Below, in pieces: positions 33,904 to 39,167 of a DNA stretch of 39,167 bases. The notes under the pieces were generated by a model. The model searched no databases. It was not told the DNA's origin and worked only from the letters and a program-made list of their open reading frames with translations. The stretch lies in the NCBI GenBank assembly GCA_051942245.1, contig JAVECL010000179.1, positions 1 to 39,167 on the forward strand, read 5' to 3'. The DNA is from Trypethelium eluteriae (lineage: Eukaryota). Position 1 is the first letter of the stretch. The number at the start of each line of letters is the position of its first letter. A program made the translations under genes and the position numbers.

Positions 33904-34801
33904 TTAAAGCCAATGATTTCGATCAGGACCTGTTTGCTATGCTGAATGGATACCCGAGCAGGATGCCGATGACGGCGGGCGCTTCTCTTGGAGTCGTGTT
34001 CGATAGAGCCCCAACTGACGTGCGTGAGATCAAGATGGAACAACTGTCTTTATGGCTGTATACGTTGAATTTCAGAATACGAAAATGAATGTCAGATAAA
34101 CTGTGAGAGCCGAGAGTGAAAGAGCTACGAGAACTTCTCATAAAGCCCAGTTTTGTGGAGGTATATACTGCTCACATGGTACCGTAAAGCGATCCGTCGT
34201 GGAGTAACATCCGTAACTGTTGCCAAGTCTCGTGCATCGTTCTATCTTGGATGATTGAGTAAGGAATTGACAGCGGCGCCAATGAGTCAGCCATTTTGCT
34301 CCCAGATCCGATTGCTTCTGCGAACTCTATCGATGGTTGGTTGATTAGGGTTCAATGATTCTTGGGCTGCAGAATGCCAGCAAGTGTTTTCAGACTGTTG
34401 CCAGTTGCCACGCTCTCGCGAGGTGAGCCAAGTTTATATTTTGCCTCTTAACAATGCGAAGGAAACATGAGTCCAGGTTGGGGGATGAGGAAGATGGTGT
34501 AACAGTCTTGTCCGTCATTGTGACTCCTTGCCGGGCAATTTTTGGCGAGGCACAAGACAGCGACAAATATTTCGTACACACGAACTGCGACCGCGACCGC
34601 GACCCTTCGACTGAATTTTTGTAGTCATCCTGACAGCCAACCCATAATCTTAGCTCCGCTCGCCAAGAGACCAGCAGAGCTTTCCACAATTTTGAGACTA
34701 CCTCAGCAACTATCACCACAAAATCTACCGTTGATCAGCCCCGCCAAGATAATTTGGCACACCCGCTCTTGCAGCCGAACGTTCTCATCCGTACCGCCAA
34801 C

Positions 34802-36459
34802 ATGGCGACAAATGGAAACCTATCGGAGGAAGAATCTCCTCCAGGCTCACCTGGCTTTGAGCCGCAAGATGATTTCGACCCGGAAGCAGATGATGTCGAC
34901 GTGCCAGAGCAGAAGCTAAAATCCGCCTTGAAAAAACCGTCACAAGTCGAACAACCAGTCGTAGTTCGGCCAGAGCTACCGCCACAACCAGATCCCAAAG
35001 ATCTCGACGTTGCGAAGCTTACACCTCTCTCACCTGAAATTGTATGCCTGAGGAATGCATATATGACTCTGGCAGACTTCATGCTAATAGTAGATGATAG
35101 ATCGCACGTCAAGCCACGATCAACATTGGCACCATCGGCCATGTCGCTCATGGCAAATCCACCGTCGTCAAGGCCATATCCGGAGTACAGACTGTTAGGT
35201 TCAAGAACGAATTAGAAAGGAATATTACCATCAAGCTTGGATACGCCAATGCAAAGGTCTATAAATGTGATAACGAGGAATGTCCCAGACCCACGTGTTA
35301 TCGGAGTTTCAAGAGCGAGAAGGAAGTCGATCCTCCATGCGAGAGGCCAGGATGTACTGGGAAATACAGACTGTTACGCCATGTCAGTTTCGTTGACTGC
35401 CCTGGACACGATATTCTCATGAGTACGATGCTGTCAGGAGCAGCAGTCATGGACGCGGCCTTGCTTCTCATTGCCGGCAACGAAACCTGCCCTCAACCTC
35501 AAACCTCGGAGCATCTGGCGGCTATTGAAATCATGAAGCTTAACCACATCATCATCCTCCAAAACAAAGTCGATCTGATGCGTGAAGAAGCCGCAGACCA
35601 ACATCATCAGTCCATTCTCAAGTTTATCCGAGGTACCGTTGCGGACGGATCTCCCATAATACCCATCTCCGCTCAGCTCAAGTTCAATATTGACGCTATC
35701 AACGAATACCTGGTCTCAAAAATTCCAGTGCCGGTTCGAGACTTCCAAGCAGCGCCTCACATGATAGTCATTCGATCTTTTGACGTCAACAAACCCGGTG
35801 CAGAGATCGAGGAACTGAAAGGCGGTGTTGCTGGTGGTAGTATACTTACGGGAGTGCTCAAGCTTGGTGATGAAATAGAAATCAGACCGGGCATTGTATC
35901 GAAGGATGAACACGGCAAGATCCAGTGCAAACCGATCTACAGCAGAGTGGTGTCCTTGTTTGCTGAGCATAACGATCTCAAATTTGCCGTTCCTGGAGGT
36001 CTTATTGGTGTTGGGACACGTGTCGATCCGACCCTATGCAGAGCAGACCGTCTGGTCGGTTTCGTACTCGGTCTGAGGGGACAGCTGCCGAACATTTATA
36101 CCGAGATTGAAGTCAACTACTTTCTTCTCCGACGATTACTCGGAGTCAAGACAGCAGACGGAAAACAACAGAAGGTTGCTAAGCTAACCAAGAATGAAGT
36201 TCTAATGGTCAACATTGGTAGCACAGCAACTGGTGCCAAGGTCATGGCTGTCAAGGCAGATATTGCACGCTTGCAATTGACAAGTCCCGCCTGTACAGAG
36301 ATTGGAGAGAAGGTTGCTTTGAGCAGACGTATCGAAAAGCACTGGCGATTGATTGGCTGGTAAGGCCCGCGGACACACGTCAATATTCTAAGCATCGCTA
36401 ATATCCACCCCAGGGCCAACATCACGTCTGGTCAGACGTTAGAACCGTCAGTAGCATAG
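34802..36459 (+). CDS. GCD11: Translation initiation factor eIF2 gamma subunit
   Basis: [52 protein letters not shown] and [12 protein letters not shown]. Introns 35042-35100 and 36360-36413. Confidence 0.97.
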
Positions 36460-37287
36460 ACGATCACATGGGCAGGGTGGAACAGTCCCGACGCAACGAA
36501 ATCGTCAAATAAAGCATTTTCGCAGTTTACATAAGGTTTGTCGAAGACAGCGAAGTTCCGTACGAGGGTGTGACAATGCTGGATATTCAGGGCGTGGCTT
36601 TTGCAGCATGTGGCATACGGTGTAAGCGGCGCAACCAAGGGATTCAAAAGGGGCTGCTCCATAGCGTGGCCAATCAATAGTCAGTACCAAATAGACGGGC
36701 AAATAGCTTATGTGCTTGGTACTATCTACCCCGGCGCTGAGACTTCCGATTCTAAAAGTCGCTTCCAATCACCGATCTCGTGCTATTATTATTCCTCGAG
36801 TCGGAGAGTGGGTCGGGCGCGGATCGAAGTCTTGAATTCCCGTGTGGGAAAGACTCCCTGACGCTCAGTAACAAGCCAAAAACTGCGCTGAGCAAGCCAC
36901 AAATTTCCTAAGACATTGTCACTGTAGTGTGAGGGCGATCGCTTTCAGACCGGGTCTACAGTGGCGCAGGCTAGGGGATCAGATAGCAACAATTAAGGTA
37001 GCAAAGCGAGCATTGATAGGGCTACTCCCACTGACCAGCTCCGATCCCATTGATGCAACAACCAGATTGCACTTGCACGTCACAGCTGACGCGAGTACGC
37101 ACACAACAACCTCTCAATGCCCTTCCTATCAGCAACATATGCCCTCTTGTTGCTTCACATATTTAGACTCGGCCCACCCTGGCTCCCTTGGAAGGCTCGT
37201 CGTTGATTGTCTACTACTTGGCCTATCGCTGCCCCTCAGCCGAGACTTGGAGCTGCCCGCAGAGGGAACCTGCAATCCTCGCGACAC

Positions 37288-39167
37288 ATGCAGGCTACCA
37301 ATGCGAGGTCACAGGCTGAGCTTCACGCACAGAGAGCGAAGGTAATCCCCAAAGTTTCCCGGAGGCTTCTTGTTGCCGCATAGCTGACAATGCGACTGTC
37401 TAGCTTACCAACTCCTATCACGAGCTTCTAAAGTAAGAGCCCCTCAACCCGCCCGAATGCCTAAGAGCGCGTCCACTGATCGCCTAAAGCGAGTTCGCAT
37501 CCAAGGACTTACGGACAGTTGGAAATTACCAGCTTGGAAAACTAATCGGAAAGGGTTCATTCGGCAAAGTGTATCTAGCCTCGCACAAACTTACTAATGG
37601 CTCGAAGGTAAGCGGAATTGCTACTCGAGTCTTATACCCTACTGAACCTTGAACAGGTCGTGCTCAAGTCTGCCAACAAGACTGACCCTAATCTTGCCCG
37701 AGAAATTCACCACCATCGTCAATTCTTCCATCCACATATTTGCAGGCTTTACGAGGTAATAGTCACCGAGAGCTTGGTATGGCTTGTGTTAGAGTATTGT
37801 CCCGGTAAGTGCTATGCTTGTTATGGCTATCGAACATCCGCTTACTTGAAGATTCAATTTAAGGGGACGAACTGTACAACCACCTCATCGAACATGGGCG
37901 AATGGAGCCGACGAAGGTACAAAAGATTTTCACCCAATTGATTGGCGCAGTTTCGTACGTACATAACAAATCTTGCGTTCATCGAGATCTTAAGCTGGAG
38001 AATATACTTCTGGACAAGCACGAAAACGTGAAATTGGTCGATTTTGGCTTTACCAGGGAATATGAGGGAAAGTCTAGTTACTTGCAGACGTGGTGCGGAA
38101 CTGTCTGTTATAGCGCACCGGAAATGCTCAAAGGAGAAAAATATGCTGGGGAAAAGGTCGATGTTTGGAGTCTGGGCGTCATCCTGTACGCATTACTGGT
38201 GGGCGAGCTCCCGTACGATGAAGGTGACGATGAAGCAGCAACCAAGGCCAAGATACTGAAAGAGGAGCCCAAGTACCCCGAATACTTCCCTCAAGGCGCG
38301 AAAGAACTATGCAATCAGCTTCTTTCAAAGAGACCTTTGCTCCGGCCGTCGCTAGCTGACATTCTCAAACATCCCTGGCTTGCAGACCATGCTCCTCAAC
38401 AACAGGAGATTCTCAAAGTACAGCAGCCTCCTCCATTCACAACTGAGCTTGAGAAAAGCACACTTCAAAGAATGCGGAGCGCTGGCGTTGACATTGACAT
38501 AGTCATTGAAAATGTTCTGGCACAACGATGTGATTCATTGGCAGGGTGGTGGACATTGCTTATTGAAAAGGAAGAGCGCAAAGAAAAGAGGAGACAACGA
38601 AAACGAAAAGAACGAGAAGCAGAAGCGAAAAGTCTTAGACGTATCAGTGGAGCAAGCGGTCGGCTAATGACACCAAGCCTGAAAGAGATCGATGAAGAAG
38701 GTCAACATACTGCACTGATTGGTGATCCGCCAAAAACTCGAGGGAGGAACATCCGAAGAACTAACAGCACTTCGGTCCCTCCCGAGCTACCCCATGTCCC
38801 GGAAGGAGGCTCACAGTCTCCCGATACAGCAAAGCCACCTCCAATAGAGAAGACCACCCCCCGGTCTGCCAGTTCCTCACGGTCCCGACCGCCGCCTCCT
38901 CCCCCTAAGGACGTGCATGTAAGGCGCTCGAGCAACTTGCAGGTTGTCCAGACGAATCCAGATCTTCTCGCAGCAGCACCTCAAGCCAATGGATATGGTC
39001 CAAAGAGGCGCCGAAAAATGCAACAACCCTTCTTCCAACAACTCGCCTCCCTCAAGTCGTGGTTTAGGGAATCCACCAAACGGGCCCGCTCACCCAACAC
39101 CAAGAACCTCACCAACAATGCCCACCCACCCAACCGCCAGGTACCCAGCAGCCGCGCCTCCCAAGAC
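37288..39167 (+). CDS. CAMK-like (CAMKL/MARK-related, resembles S. pombe Ppk16) Ser/Thr kinase; 3' end runs off the window
   Basis: Spliced MQATNARSQAELHAQRAK/LTNSYHELLN/EFASKDLRTVGNYQLGKLIGKGSFGKVY...VVLK...HRDLKLEN...DFG...CGTVCYSAPE...DVWSLG, with four GT-AG introns in the 5' part. Confidence 0.92.

Noticed and set aside
34586..34612. Short CGACCG tandem repeat upstream of eIF2-gamma
   Set aside because: Only about three units, an ordinary microsatellite-like run and not an array.
34634..34801. Stop-free in-frame stretch upstream of the eIF2-gamma ATG (possible non-AUG extension)
   Set aside because: C/A-rich leaders are often stop-poor, the ATG at 34802 has a strong context (AACATGG), and there is no conservation evidence.
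1..39167. tRNA, rRNA, CRISPR arrays, intact transposons and TGA-CTA readthrough PTS1 extensions
   Set aside because: None recognised by eye. tRNAscan-SE, Infernal and RepeatMasker runs would be needed to exclude them formally.

Overview
Gene-dense eukaryotic DNA from a filamentous ascomycete (Pezizomycotina; class cannot be fixed from sequence alone), with short GT-AG introns and CTRAY-like branch sites. I can assemble about 20 protein-coding genes. 1-28 kb is mostly housekeeping: a coiled-coil protein (partial), a DUF1996+WSC secreted protein, REX3, a DUF676 lipase-like protein, MNN9, a conserved hypothetical protein, RRP46, PEX4, QCR8, PHB1, a small heat-shock protein, an FAH-family hydrolase, a Zn2Cys6 factor and a PTR2/POT transporter. 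28.5-34.7 kb is a gene-sparse island holding three small secreted proteins (an atypical 12-Cys class I hydrophobin, a DUF4360 protein and an 8-Cys orphan). eIF2-gamma and a CAMK-like kinase (partial) follow. I found no rRNA, tRNA, CRISPR array, intact transposon or secondary-metabolite backbone gene. The best leads are: a probably mitochondrial protein with FIST-like motifs; the 12-Cys hydrophobin and its island; a two-AUG sHSP that could be dual-targeted; a peroxisomal (SKL) FAH hydrolase beside a Zn2Cys6 gene; recurring GC-rich patches with a C-to-G skew flip independent of gene orientation; and several unusual splice features. All gene models were built by eye and family assignments come from motif recall, not database searches.
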